This document shows, one piece after another, positions 25,670-37,677 of a DNA stretch of 64,000 nucleotides. Made by a program: the position numbers and the translations under genes. This DNA is from Camelus dromedarius. Its lineage: Eukaryota. The DNA lies in assembly GCF_036321535.1 (NCBI RefSeq), contig NC_087437.1, forward strand, positions 31,374,001-31,438,000, read 5' to 3'. Each line of letters starts with the position of its first letter. Positions within the stretch are counted from its first letter, which is position 1. The notes below the pieces were generated by a model that saw only the letters and a program-made list of their open reading frames with translations, was not told the DNA's origin and did not search any database.

Positions 25670-26531
25670 GGCGCTGCATGAGCTGCAGGCGCTGCATGGG
25701 TCGAACAGCGGTCCGCACCGGCACGGAGGGCGTCACTAGCCGCCTTCTGAACCACTTCGCAGCCCGCTGCTCAACCTCCCGTGTCCCTGGATTCTGAGGC
25801 GTCTGCTTTCACTACCGCTGTGCACCTGAATTATGAACACATCTGGAAACTCAAAACCAGGAAAATCCATTCTATTTTCTTATCTTGGACTAGAGTCACC
25901 TTTGCTTAGATTATTCTGTACACCTCATGTTTATGGAATGGAAAGTATATGGTGGGGGAAAGACACAGTACCTTCAGGCATTGAATAACTTAAAGAAGGC
26001 TGTACAGATCTATTTTTTCAAATGAACAAAATCCACAGATGCAATGTGGAGTGCATCAGAAAGAGCAGGCTAAGTTCACGCAGAGGTCTTGCTTGGGAGA
26101 ATCAGCTGAAACAATTTTACTTTTTTTTTCTTCCTATTTTCACATTCATGTTAGCAAGAGTTTTCACATGTCATTCACCAAAAGTGAAACTCCTAGGTAT
26201 TTGCTTTTGTTACCTTTTAGATATTCAGTGTTGCTTGGCCTCAAAAACGGCCCTGTAAAGCAGTTTATCCCAGATGTCTACTAGGATTCTAATAACGTTA
26301 TGTCCATTTACACAGAGAGGTGGTGAAAGGATGAACAGCCCAATTTTCATCTAGAAAGACTATGGTGAATCTATGAAAGGAAGAATCACACTGCTATGGA
26401 AGCTTAGCTTTGAACGCAATGTATCTGCAATGAAGTGTTCAGTTTTTTTCTATATTTTATTAAAACCTGCTTTATACTTTTGACTGCTTGTAGGCACAGC
26501 TTCTGCAAGTGTAAATGTTTGAGCTTTAAAA

Positions 26532-26537
26532 AATAAA
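26532..26537 (+). terminator. Candidate proximal polyadenylation signal AATAAA
   Basis: Exact hexamer followed ~15-25 nt later by T/G-rich cagttttgtaag. Confidence 0.55.
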
Positions 26538-27391
26538 TATACACATGCTCAGTTTTGTAAGTAAACCTGAAAATATCCAGAAAGGCAAATGTTTGCTGTT
26601 TAATTAGCACCGGGATTTTACAGTATAATGCCTGGTGTTTTTGAGGAGTTAACATGAAAGTGAATCACAGGCTTTGTGAAAAACGTTGTCACTACCCAGC
26701 ATGTGCTGGGTGAAGTAACCAGCCCAAAGAAAAGCATATGTTAAAGAACTTCCTGATTCTATAACCACATTATGTGCTTTAAAAACTATATGCATGAAAG
26801 CTCTTTGCATGGATTAAAGGGACCTGGCCTTGTGGCTCTCAGAAGCTGAGGCCTATCTAGCCCTCCCACTCTTGCTTACCTACCCTCATGAATATTCCAC
26901 TTGAGAAAACCTGAGAGTATACCATATATACCTGTAAGAAGGGAGAAAATATTTTTCTTTTCCATTTTTAAGGTGTATGTTGAAGGGGGAGGGCCCTATA
27001 ACTCTATTTGGACACCTGAGCATGTACAAAATTCTAACTTAATTTTCTGGCCCCCATGCAGAAATCACTTTGGGACTTACAGAAGAAATATACTATCAAC
27101 TTAAAATGCTATTTTCTACCATCATTTCCAGACATGTATTTTATGGTTAAGTTCTAAATCTTAAAATGTTAGTGTGAAGTACCAACAAATTTTCTTTTTG
27201 ATTACTATTACCTGTATTCTAATAGGGAAATAGTTCGGGATTTTTTTTTTGTCCAAGAGGGTAAGATTAATGATGGAAATGGATCCCTTTTCAGTTGTTC
27301 ATTGCATAGTCAGTCAATCCAGTGAACTACTATATGCATTATGAGCTTAAGTTGTCTATTTGGAACTGCAACTTATTTATTTGCTTAGAGT

Positions 27392-27397
27392 AATAAA
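27392..27397 (+). terminator. Candidate distal polyadenylation signal AATAAA
   Basis: Exact hexamer preceded by an AU-rich element and followed by T-rich sequence. Confidence 0.6.
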
Positions 27398-27520
27398 AGC
27401 ATTTGTGCATTTACTCTCACAATTAGAGTTTTTACCTGACCTCTCATTATAAGGCAGTATCTCCATCTCCATAAAACAGGTAGTAAGAATAACCTAAGAA
27501 AAAATTATATTCTTTACGCT

Positions 27521-27720
27521 NNNNNNNNNNNNNNNNNNNNNNNNNNNNNNNNNNNNNNNNNNNNNNNNNNNNNNNNNNNNNNNNNNNNNNNNNNNNNNNN
27601 NNNNNNNNNNNNNNNNNNNNNNNNNNNNNNNNNNNNNNNNNNNNNNNNNNNNNNNNNNNNNNNNNNNNNNNNNNNNNNNNNNNNNNNNNNNNNNNNNNNN
27701 NNNNNNNNNNNNNNNNNNNN
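27521..27720. other. Assembly gap of 200 N
   Basis: Run of exactly 200 n characters. Confidence 1.
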
Positions 27721-29310
27721 AGGAAAATAAAAAGTTATGTCTCTGCTGAATCCAGAGTCTCAGACAATGTCTTTAGAACTTATTTGTCATCTCTCATCCC
27801 TGTTCATCTGTGTTGGTATCATTCTGTCCATAGGACAACAGGGATACTTTCCTGAAAGAAAGCTGGTCAGATGCCTCCCTGGCTTACATCTTTACAGCTC
27901 TGGATCCCAGAGGAGGAGACAGCAGTTTTCCTGATGGCTTCTGAAGAAAAGGGGAATCATGGTCACCAAAGCTGAAGGAATCACTGGGTCAGGCATCTGG
28001 CGATGCTGGTATCTAGGAGCCACACCTAGTTGGATACAGGAGGGCCAGTTCTGGCATGGCAGGAGGAAAGGAGTTCTTGAAACAAGAAAGAAATGGCAGC
28101 AGAGTATGTCCAAGCAGGTAAGAGGTCAGTGGTCACCTCGTCACAGGCAGCAGGCTCATGAGAAGACAGAGAGGAGCAGGCAGGGAATGACTTCCTCCAC
28201 ATCCAGGAGCCAGGAGGTGTGGCCCTGAGTGGCAGTGGGACACACACATATGCACCTCCCTTTATGTAATATTGTTAACCATTTAGATTGTTCCAGCTTC
28301 CTTTTTCATCACTCTGCTAAGAACTACTTTCTTTTTTCATTTACTTTACAAAAGTATGTATACACCAATGATTATAAAATAAACATGTTCATGATAAAAT
28401 GCAGGAAGATAAATAAATATATGTATTTTTAGTACCCAGGGGCAACCTAATTGTGTTGTGTGTGTTGTGTGTATACACACGTGTATATACAAACATATAT
28501 ATATATATACATACACACAAAATGGATCTCATGCTTCAAGTAGAATTTTCATTCATAATTTTAGTTAAAATTAGAAACTTTTTATGTTGTTAAATATTCT
28601 TTGATATCAGAATTCTGAGAGATATACGATATTTCATCATATAAGTTATCAAAAAATGTTACCATTTCTTGATTTGTGGACATTTAGGTCATACCCATTT
28701 TTTCACTATAATAGGTAAACCTATATTTGGTATAAATATTTGTCTTCCTCACTGTTGATTTCTTTGGCATAGAGCCCTAGAAGTGGAGATACTTGGCTGA
28801 AGTATGTGAACACCTTTATGAGTACAGTCACACAGACTGACCTAGAGTCAGCTCTATCCAGGCTGAAGGTCAGGGGAATTGAGGCCGTTCCACATGGCCC
28901 ACAACAATCAGAACAGGGCTGGTGGGAAGCCAAAAAGAACTAACTGGCTGTAAGTCTGGTCTCATGGACAAAAAGACAAGATTTGTTTAGGTTCCCACTC
29001 CACAAGAGCAAACCTTAACATAGATGCATTTGGGGTTTCATTGGTGTTAATGTGCACAACTGTCCCCAGTTGGCCGACCCCCAGGAAAAGAAGCCCGGCT
29101 TTACCCCTTACCTCCACTTCACCTCCGCTTGGACCTTTGCCACCCCTGCTCCCTGCCACCTAGGCTGTCCCGGAGACAATTCTCTCCACCCAAGAAAGCA
29201 GGTAGAACAAAGCGGAGAATCTTACTTGCCAGAAACGTGCCACACAAGAGTTTTTTCCCCGCAAAACAGGACAGGAAGGGAACCGTATTTCCTAGAGGCT
29301 TCTTTGAACT

Positions 29311-29490
29311 CTGTTCCGGGGGAAGTGCGGAGGCCCGGGGAGCAGGCGATGAGGATAGTCCTCCAGCATCCTAGAGCAGCCGGGCAGAGCGGGCAGTTAG
29401 GGCGGGAGTCCTGGTGGCCGCTCGCAGCTGGGAGAGGAACATGGCGGGGAAGGGCAGGTGGAGGTGACAGCTGCACGGACCGCAGTGAGT
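29311..29490 (+). promoter_or_regulatory. Small CpG-rich promoter-like element
   Basis: 12 CpGs in 180 bp, ETS-like GGAAGT at 29321, GC box GGGCGGGAG at 29400 and splice-donor-like GTGAGT at 29485. Confidence 0.4.
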
Positions 29491-29671
29491 AGCAGTCATT
29501 TATAGGGGCTGCCACGAGTACAAATCTTTGGGAGAAAGAGCTATGGCCAAGGAGGATTTCTGGGATTCTGTCTGTAAGGTGCCGTGTATTTGGTCTGGTG
29601 TATGAAAAACACCCACAGCAAAGATAATGCATTAATCTTTAAGGCTGCCAGAGACAGACTCATGTCTCTTT

Positions 29672-29857
29672 GTGTGTGTGTGTGTGTATTTAAATTGATG
29701 TATAGTCAGTTTACAATGTATCAATTTCTGGTGTACAGCACAATGCTTCTGTCATATAGGAGCATACATTCTTTTTCATATTCTCTTTCACCATAAGTTA
29801 CTACAAGATATTGAATATAGTTCCCTCTGCTATACAATATAAACTTGTTGTTTATCT
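29672..29857 (-). mobile_element. 5'-truncated L1 3' end with a 22-bp target-site duplication
   Basis: agagacaga(c/t)tcatgtctcttt at 29650-29671 and 29858-29879. The body matches the other L1 3' UTR copies. Confidence 0.9.
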
Positions 29858-31104
29858 AGAGACAGATTCATGTCTCTTTTAAATGTGACTCTGTACAGAT
29901 ACAAGAAACCTGGAAAAAAACTTTAAAAAAGCAGCCATAATATGAACCACCATGTCCTCTGTAGAGGCTCTCACTGTTTTATACAGGATCTGTGGAATCT
30001 ATTCACTCCACTTTTTTCCTTTCTGATCTTCCACCCAAATGTTTGCTACCTTCCTGTCTTATGATTGGATTGACTCACCATATGGTTGTAGAAAACGTAT
30101 TCGGATGTAAGTTCTTCTGGTCTTCTCTGCTGCATAATTTTCTTTCCTCACCTTACCACATTCTCCTGACTGATCACAGCTTATTATGAACACAAGGGTC
30201 TTACTCGTCCTGTGTCCTCCATAACCTGGATCCAGAGCTCGACACCTTGTGTTGCAATATACATACTTACTAAAGTATAGTGAAGGCAAGGAGAAACCTT
30301 TTTTTAATTTTAATTTTATATATTTTATTTTAATAGAAACCTATTATTAAAGAAATCTGCTTTGTCTTCATTTATTCATCAAATCAACAAACACGGACTG
30401 AGGATTTAATAGAAAAAAACCTAATTTCTTCAGTCTGTTATACAAACTGCTTTTCTGTTCTCCCTTAAGAATGTGACTTTTCATCTGTTGATCGTTTTCA
30501 AATTGGCTCTAAGCAAAGCACATCCTGGAATGAAGAAGAAAGCCATTTCTTCCTGATAAAGACCTGGCTTCTATTGTCCAAGGGTAGAAGAGGTCAGGCA
30601 GTATCCTCCCTTTCTAAAGAGCAAAGCAGCCTTTTTGTATTGAGATGTTTAAAATTCTTTAATCAAGAAGTGCTTCAGTCTGATAATTAAGGTATGTATT
30701 TGGCTTAGTTTATCTTATCTGAGGATGAAAGGAGAAAAAAACTGTGGTTTGGGAAGGGAGGAAGCGTTCTTAGGACACTAGCCACAAGACAGAAAAAGGT
30801 GTCTCTGAGCCAAGATAGGCCAGAACAACCTCATGAAACGGACAGTGGTAGCAAAGAAAAGCAGTCAGGGGGCTTTAGAAGTTGACCATGCATGGGCCCT
30901 CCACTGCACCGCAGTGAGAAGCCAGACGGAGCAGAAGGAAGGGAATTGAAGAGTTTGTGGTCTTCACAAAATTCTTAGTATCTTCTCTCACCACGTTGCT
31001 TCCTGCATGAAACTGACACACAGACCTTTTCTCTACTAGTTTTTCAGGAGAGCAAGCACTTGTCACCCACAAACAAGTGAGGGATGGTTGTCAGGGAGAG
31101 AGTT

Positions 31105-31218
31105 TTCCAATGACCAACTCTCTAGGTTTGCCTGGGACTCTCCAGGTTTTGCACTGACAGTCTTGCATCCCAGGGAAACCCCTCAGTTCCTTGCAAAACT
31201 GGACACTTGTTTACCCTA
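31105..31218. mobile_element. MER81/MER94-like hAT-Blackjack MITE
   Basis: tgaccaactctctaggtttgcctgggact...aaactggacacttgtttacccta resembles the recalled consensus termini. Confidence 0.55.
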
Positions 31219-32645
31219 CTCACCAACCTGGAGTGGTCTGACAGAAAATTCAAGTATTCATGAATTCACTAAGACTTACTTTTTTCCCCCACAACTTCAA
31301 AATGTTCAGATTGCTTCTCCACAAATATGGCATCACTCATAAACCTGGAAGGGCAGTGAATATTGGATTAGACTGAATACAGGAATTGGGGAGATTTGTG
31401 GAACAGATTTGTAAACGACTCACTGCAAATGTTTGGTAGGAAGACACTAATGATTTAAGAAGCGAACAGTGGTAAAAATATAGAGGATTTACTTTTTACT
31501 CATTTAATATATGTAGAATGCTGTTGATCCCTTTATTACTGTTTTTATATCAACATAAGGTTTTGTTTGTTCATTTGTTTTGGGTTCAGAGAATGTAACT
31601 ATTATTGACAAGGGAGTTCACTGGTTAACTTGCAACCATCCTCCTGCCCTACACCCAGTCCTTCCTATGGTCAAAGCTGTTTAACTTTGAATCCTCCTAA
31701 CAACGTGGTATGAAGAATGTAAACCTCATGCTTGTGGAAGTACTGTTTTCACATTTCTTAATGTTCTGCTGAAAACCATCAGCTTCACATACTGCTGACG
31801 CTTCAAGTTCAGGGTCTCTAACCTAAACCAGGCACTCAGCATTGCTGAGTCCTCTCCATTCTCCTCCAAAGGCTAATCTCGTCCCCCTCCCCCCACCACC
31901 ACCACCCTCCGCTTTCCCCTTTTACTGATTCACGGAGAGCACAGGCTTCGTTAGAAGGTCGCCTCCTTGCCATCCTGCCAGCAGAAACCTCAACCCTGAC
32001 TCCACCCACGTTTCTCTGTCTCTCCCTTTCTCCTGCCCTAGTAAAAGAAGCGCGTCTGTCTATTTCTTAGTCACACCCCCTACCTTGCTGACTCCATCTC
32101 CACCTCCCTCCCAGGAACCCCCACATCAGTTGCCATCACTTCTACCTCCAGGTATCTTCAGCTTCTCCTTCTCTCAGGCTCCATTCTTCCTCATTAACAC
32201 ACGCTGAACTTACTCCCATCTTTAAAGGAAATAATTTTTCCAAGTTTTCTTAGTGCTGGCTACTCATTATAATTACCTGGGGAGCCTCAAAAAATTTTTG
32301 GTATCCAGGCTGCACCTCATAACAGTTAAGTCAGAATTGGGAGGGGTGGGGCCCAGGTGTCAGAATTTGTGTTTAAAGCTCCCCAGGTGATTCTAACGTG
32401 CAGCCAGGAATCAGAAACACTGACCCAACCTACCTATCCCTCCAGCTACCCCCATCTGTCCTCACTCACTGTCCAACCCCACTTCTGCCTCCTTTCCCTG
32501 ACCCCTCATTCATGCCTACATTTATCTGGCTCCTGTGCCCTCCACACCCGCTTCACCCTACGGGGCATCAAGGTCACTGAAGAACTTCTCATCGCTAAAT
32601 CTTGTGCTCCGATTCATTAGTATTAACCTGTTGACCAGCCCTTCC

Positions 32646-32975
32646 TTTTTTTTCTTTCTTTGAAGTCTAATTGATTTACAATAATGTGTTTCAGGTGTAC
32701 AGCAAAGTGATTCAGTTATATATATATTTGTTTCAGATTATTTTTCATTAGAGGTTATCACAAGATACTGAATATAGTTCCTTGTGCTACACAGTAAATC
32801 CTTATTGCTTATCTATTTCATGTACAGTAGTTTGTATCTGTTAATCCCATTCTCCTCATTTATCCCTTCCCCTTGCCCTTTGCCCTTTGGTAACTATGAG
32901 TTTGTTTTCTATGTGAGTCTGTTTCTGCTTTGCATATACATTTTTTTTGTAATACTATTTAGAGTCTACATATAC
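32646..32975 (-). mobile_element. L1 3' UTR fragment
   Basis: T-rich tail at the left, then tttcaggtgtacagcaaagtgattcagttata...tttggtaactatgagtttg. Confidence 0.88.
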
Positions 32976-33618
32976 ATTCCTAGGCATATATTCTAGACAA
33001 GATGAAAACTAATTCAAAAAGATACAAGTACCCCAATGTTCATAGCAGCACTATTTACAATAGCCAAGACATGGAAACAACCTAAATGTCCATCAACAGA
33101 TGATTGGATAAAGAAGTTGTGGTATATTTAAACAATGGAATACTACTCAGGCATAAAAAAGAATGAAATAATGCCATTTGCAGCAACATGGATGGACCTA
33201 GAGATTATCATATTAAGTGAAATAAGTTGATAAAGACAAGTATTGTATGATATCACTTATATATGGAATTTAAAAAAATGATATAAATTTTATTTACAAA
33301 CCAAAAATAGACTCACAGACATAGAAAACAAACTATGGTTACCAAAAGGGAAAGGGCGGAAGAGAGATAAATTAGGAGTTTGGGATAAACAGATACACAT
33401 TACTATATATAAAATAGATAAACAACAAGAACCTACTGTATAGCACAGAGAACTATATTCAATTTCTCATAATTATAATGGAGAAGAATCTGAAAAATAT
33501 ATATGTATGTATATGTATAACGGAATTGCTTTACTGTACACCTGAAACTAACATTGTAAATCAACAACAGTTCAATAAAAAAATTAAAAAAAGAAAGGAA
33601 GGGAAGAGAAAAAAAAGA
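32976..33618 (+). mobile_element. L1 3' end (end of ORF2, 3' UTR and A-rich tail)
   Basis: ccccaatgttcatagcagcactatttacaatagccaagacatgg encodes PMFIAALFTIAKTW of the L1 ORF2 C-terminus. Ends caataaaaaaattaaaaaaag. Confidence 0.92.
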
Positions 33619-36600
33619 AATGCTGACTATAATTCTGGAAGCCCTTAGATCTAATTATGGTCTGAAAATCTAAGCATTTTAATTTTATAAACTAAAATAA
33701 ATAAATAAATTTTATAAACTGAAATAAATAATTTTAATAAAAAGGCTTGGTATACCTGTTGCAAGATCTGTTATGTATTTATAGATACAATGGGCATATT
33801 AGATATTAGAAAATGTATTATAAATTATTGTATAGTGCTTATGCCACAATTCTACCCACTTTCCCTTCCTAAAAAGAACAATGCAGCTGTTAGTTAATTT
33901 AAGGAAGCCTATTCGGTTCTCTTGCACCATATCAGCTAAGGATGACGTGATTCATGTGTGCTAGGAGCTGTGGAGAAAAGATCAAATTTGGTGATGGTGC
34001 TGCTGGCTGAAATTTTTCAACCTTCTAGATGTTTGTTTTCAAAGAGCAATGCAAAAAAAAAAAAAAGAAGAAAAGAAAAGAAAAAAAGTCAAATTCTAAA
34101 ATCTGTTTTTTTACACTGTTTATGAAACTACAGTTTCTGAAATCTAAACTAAGTTCCAATTACCAGTTCTAAGAGACGCTGTTTTTCCACAGGACTCCTA
34201 TGTGGCTTTTAGGAATTCCCAGGGTTAATCATTTGTCTTAGCGCCAAACCTCTGGCTTCATTTTCCTTCGCCCATCTGCACATTTTGCATGCATACAGGC
34301 TGTGGGTGTGCATATGTATCCAAGCCTTTGCATATGGAATGAGTATGCTTTCAAAAAGCAGGCCCATAAAAGTTCTAAAGGAGGCAGTGAGTACTTGGAG
34401 GCGGTCCAGCCACAAGCTGCAGATGGCGCTGCTGTGATGGGGGTGGGGGGTCCCCAGTTCTGATCAGGCCGCCTTGCTCCCCACAAACCTCTGCACTCTC
34501 GAATGGAAGGCACGGGCTCTGTGCATTTACTATTTATAAGGGACTTTCACACAGCACTAAGTATGAAATTCGTGGAGGAAAATGCAAGGCTCTGTTTAAT
34601 GAATGCAGAGTAATGTCTGCTCTCCTTTGTTTGCAACTTGGAGGAAAAAAAATTGGTCTAAAGGCTAAAATCAGTGTCAGTATTTGATAATAGTGAAGAA
34701 TAAAAATAACAGTTATCATCCAACTCTATAAGTTGCTGGGAAAGCCAAAACAACAATGGGTTGGTTATGATCTTGGGGATATCTCAGTCTCCTTCACTTA
34801 GTTCCACAGAAAGCCGATTGTCTAGTGAAGGTAATGGTTTATATGGATTTAAGTCGTGTTACTGCCTGACAATGCTGCTGGATGGGAAAAGAGAGTGGAG
34901 GGAGTATTTGATCTAAGAAAGAAAAATATTTAAAACATTAAGTTGGAATGGCTGGGGAGCCTTTGGAATGTCTCATTCGGAATTCAGGGTTTTTTACACC
35001 AAAGTTTGGACTAAGTGAAAGTTTGCAATAAAGGTTATGATAAAGAAGAAAATAAACAGCACCAGCCCCTGATTGGTTTTGACCCTGAGCTTCAGCCACA
35101 AAGCCATTGTATTTGGGAATAGTGGCTGACAGCTCAGATCCATCCTGAAAGCTAGAGGAAGGGGACGGAACTGCTTTACTTGTGAAGATTCTTATTCCAT
35201 TTAGCTTGCACTCCACAGTGCCTAGGGCAGCTCCTTGTATTTTGGCACCCAAAAATATCTGTTGAGCTGCAATGATTGGCTGCCAACTGAACAGCCTCAA
35301 TATGGGCAGAGTGTGGAGGACAGTGCTGCTGAGAAAGAATTGCCTTAAAGAGCTGACAGACCTCTGAGGGAGGGAAGGGGAAAGGGGAAGTGGCTGATGT
35401 GCTATATAATAAATCTTACGGTGGGATGAAAACACAAATGCCTTGATTCTCAGACAATGCAAAGGAATGAGAATGGAACACGATATAAACTATTTACAAA
35501 GAAAGGTGGAATTTGCTTAGGAAGGACAGTTTGGGGGTTATGTTTTCCACGTATACACCGATTCATTCCAGGAACATTCTACTTAGTAGGTGTCATGCTG
35601 GTACCTCACCAGGCACAGCTAGCAGGTATGCCACAGGGTGGCTGTACCCCCTGCGTTCCTACTTCGACATGTGGCTTTTTCAAATAAAATTTTTGTAAGT
35701 ACTCTGTTGACTTGCCAATTGTTAAAACCATGGTGAAGTAACTTCAGAGGCAGTGCACTGAAAGCAAGAGACAATCTAGTCACCCAAACTCTGAAACAAC
35801 AGTGGTCAGTCAGATTGGTAGAAAAGGTAATCAAAAGATAACACACCATTTTATACACTGTTCCTTGAAAAGCACTTCTGAGAGTCATCTGCTGTTAAAA
35901 AAAATAAAGGCTAATGAAAACATTTATATTGAACCTATTTCTAAGTGATTACTACTAGCTTTTTGGAGCAGTTGGAGGATAGCTGCTATTCAGAGGACAG
36001 CAGGAGCTGATCGAGTGGATGGGGGTATCCAGGTGAGGGTGTAGAGAGAGGTGCAGAGGGCCTGGGACAGGCAAGGGGAGCATGTATATTTTGGAGAAGT
36101 GCAACGTGGAGAGCATCACGGGAGACAGAAGAGCCAGCCAGAGATGACAGGAGGAAAACCAGGAGAGGTCACTGGGTGATACAAACACCGAAAAGAGAGT
36201 GTTTCCAAAAAGAGGGAGTGACTGTTAATGAATTACGATAATGAGCATTGTAGATTTACTCCATGATAGTATTTCTGTTTGCTAGTCAAACTTCAGAGTT
36301 GTGCATCTCCCTGGATATTTCTAGGATTAGTGATCCAGAAATATATATAACCTACCTGGATACTTTATAAATGTATAAGTTTTGAATATGTCTCCCATGG
36401 CCACGTTTCCTGAACCAAATATTGACTCTCATGACAGTGGGGCAAAATATTTGACATCAGGTCATTCTGCAAAACTGTGAGTGAGGACAGCTTTCGGTGT
36501 TTCCTCCCCGCCTTTCCTTTGAGGACTGAAGAACCACAATTAGCATGTCTTCATGTGCAATCTCTCCACCCCTCCGTAGTTTTTACTATCTAAATAAAGA

Positions 36601-37495
36601 CTTTTTCCAAGAGCCTTCTGCCTTTTTAAAAATAAAGATTACTAGGATTATTTCTGCTCTAAAAGTAATACTCATTAGAGAAAATCCCTACTACAGAAAA
36701 TAAATTGGAGAAAATCACCCATTATACCAGGATCTAGTCTCTGTTACCATTTCTAAGTGTGTTTCTTTTCCATCTGCTTTCTGCACATTTAAAATTGTCT
36801 TTTTGACAGTTCTGAATAATTTTTATAAACACTTTCATGTGTTTTTTTTCCTCCACTTGCTATAATACAATTAGTTTCCCACTTTAATGTCCTCATAAAG
36901 ATTATTTGTAGTAGTTGCATTACATAATTTTACTAACGGGGCCCCTGTTGTTAAACACTTGTATTATCTTCTAATCTTTTATTATGATAAAAACTCTGCC
37001 TCTAACACATTTATTCTTAGCGCTTTTACAATTTTTCACAATATTTAATTTAACAAATGAAGAAATATAAATGTTTTTGAGGCTATTGATTCAGTTTGCT
37101 AAATTGCTTTCTCAGTTGTGTCCCAGTCATTGTTACTGTAAGTACAGGCTTTAGAGTCAGATCTGGGTTGAATCTTGGCTCCATGGGCTGGAGTGAGACC
37201 CTGAGTGAGTGAGACCCTCACCAATGGTAAGGGTGCCACCAGCCCAAGCCCTCAGGGAGCCACCCTTTGTGCCTGTGAAACCTCAGCAAGGTCAGGGGGT
37301 CTCTGTAAATCTTATCTTTAAACCAAAGATAACAATATCTATTTTATTGGCTTGTTTTAAGGGTTAAATCAAGTTTGCTGCCTTGCATATCTGTCGTGTA
37401 GTAAGCACTCAATAAATGAGCGCTGCTGTTGTCTTTTTAAAGAGCTGTCATAGTTTACATTCTTAAACACCAGCAAAGTATGACAATACTTAAAA

Positions 37496-37677
37496 TTTTT
37501 TTAAATATATTTTTATTGAAGTACAGTCAGTTTACAATGTTGTGTCAATTTCTGGTGTACAGCACAATACTTCAGTCACATAGGAATGTACATACATTCA
37601 TTCTCACATTCTTCTTCACCGTAGGTTACTACAAGATATTCAATATGGTTCCTTGTGCTACACAGTATAAACTTGTT
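37496..37677 (-). mobile_element. 5'-truncated L1 3' end
   Basis: tttttattgaagtacagtcagtttacaatgttgtgtcaatttctggtgtacagc. Closely similar to 29672-29857. Confidence 0.85.

Larger units (their letters stand above)
25670..27420 (+). other. KCNAB1: KCNAB1 3' UTR (end approximate)
   Basis: Repeat-poor, mostly AT-rich sequence after the stop codon, with AATAAA at 26532-26537 and 27392-27397. Confidence 0.75.

Noticed and set aside
29052..29632. Overlapping 146-aa (+) and 136-aa (-) ORFs
   Set aside because: Explained by stop-codon scarcity in the GC-rich patch. The peptides resemble nothing I recognise.
32646..33618. Classical twin-priming 5' inversion of a single L1
   Set aside because: Both arms contain the same 3' terminal region and each has a tail, which twin priming does not produce.
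33681..33740. AT-rich ~28-bp tandem repeat (aattttataaact.aaataaataa)
   Set aside because: Low-complexity slippage product with no sign of function.
34938..35462. Longest ORF (174 aa, minus strand)
   Set aside because: No recognisable domain or exon structure. An ORF this long is plausible by chance in 64 kb.
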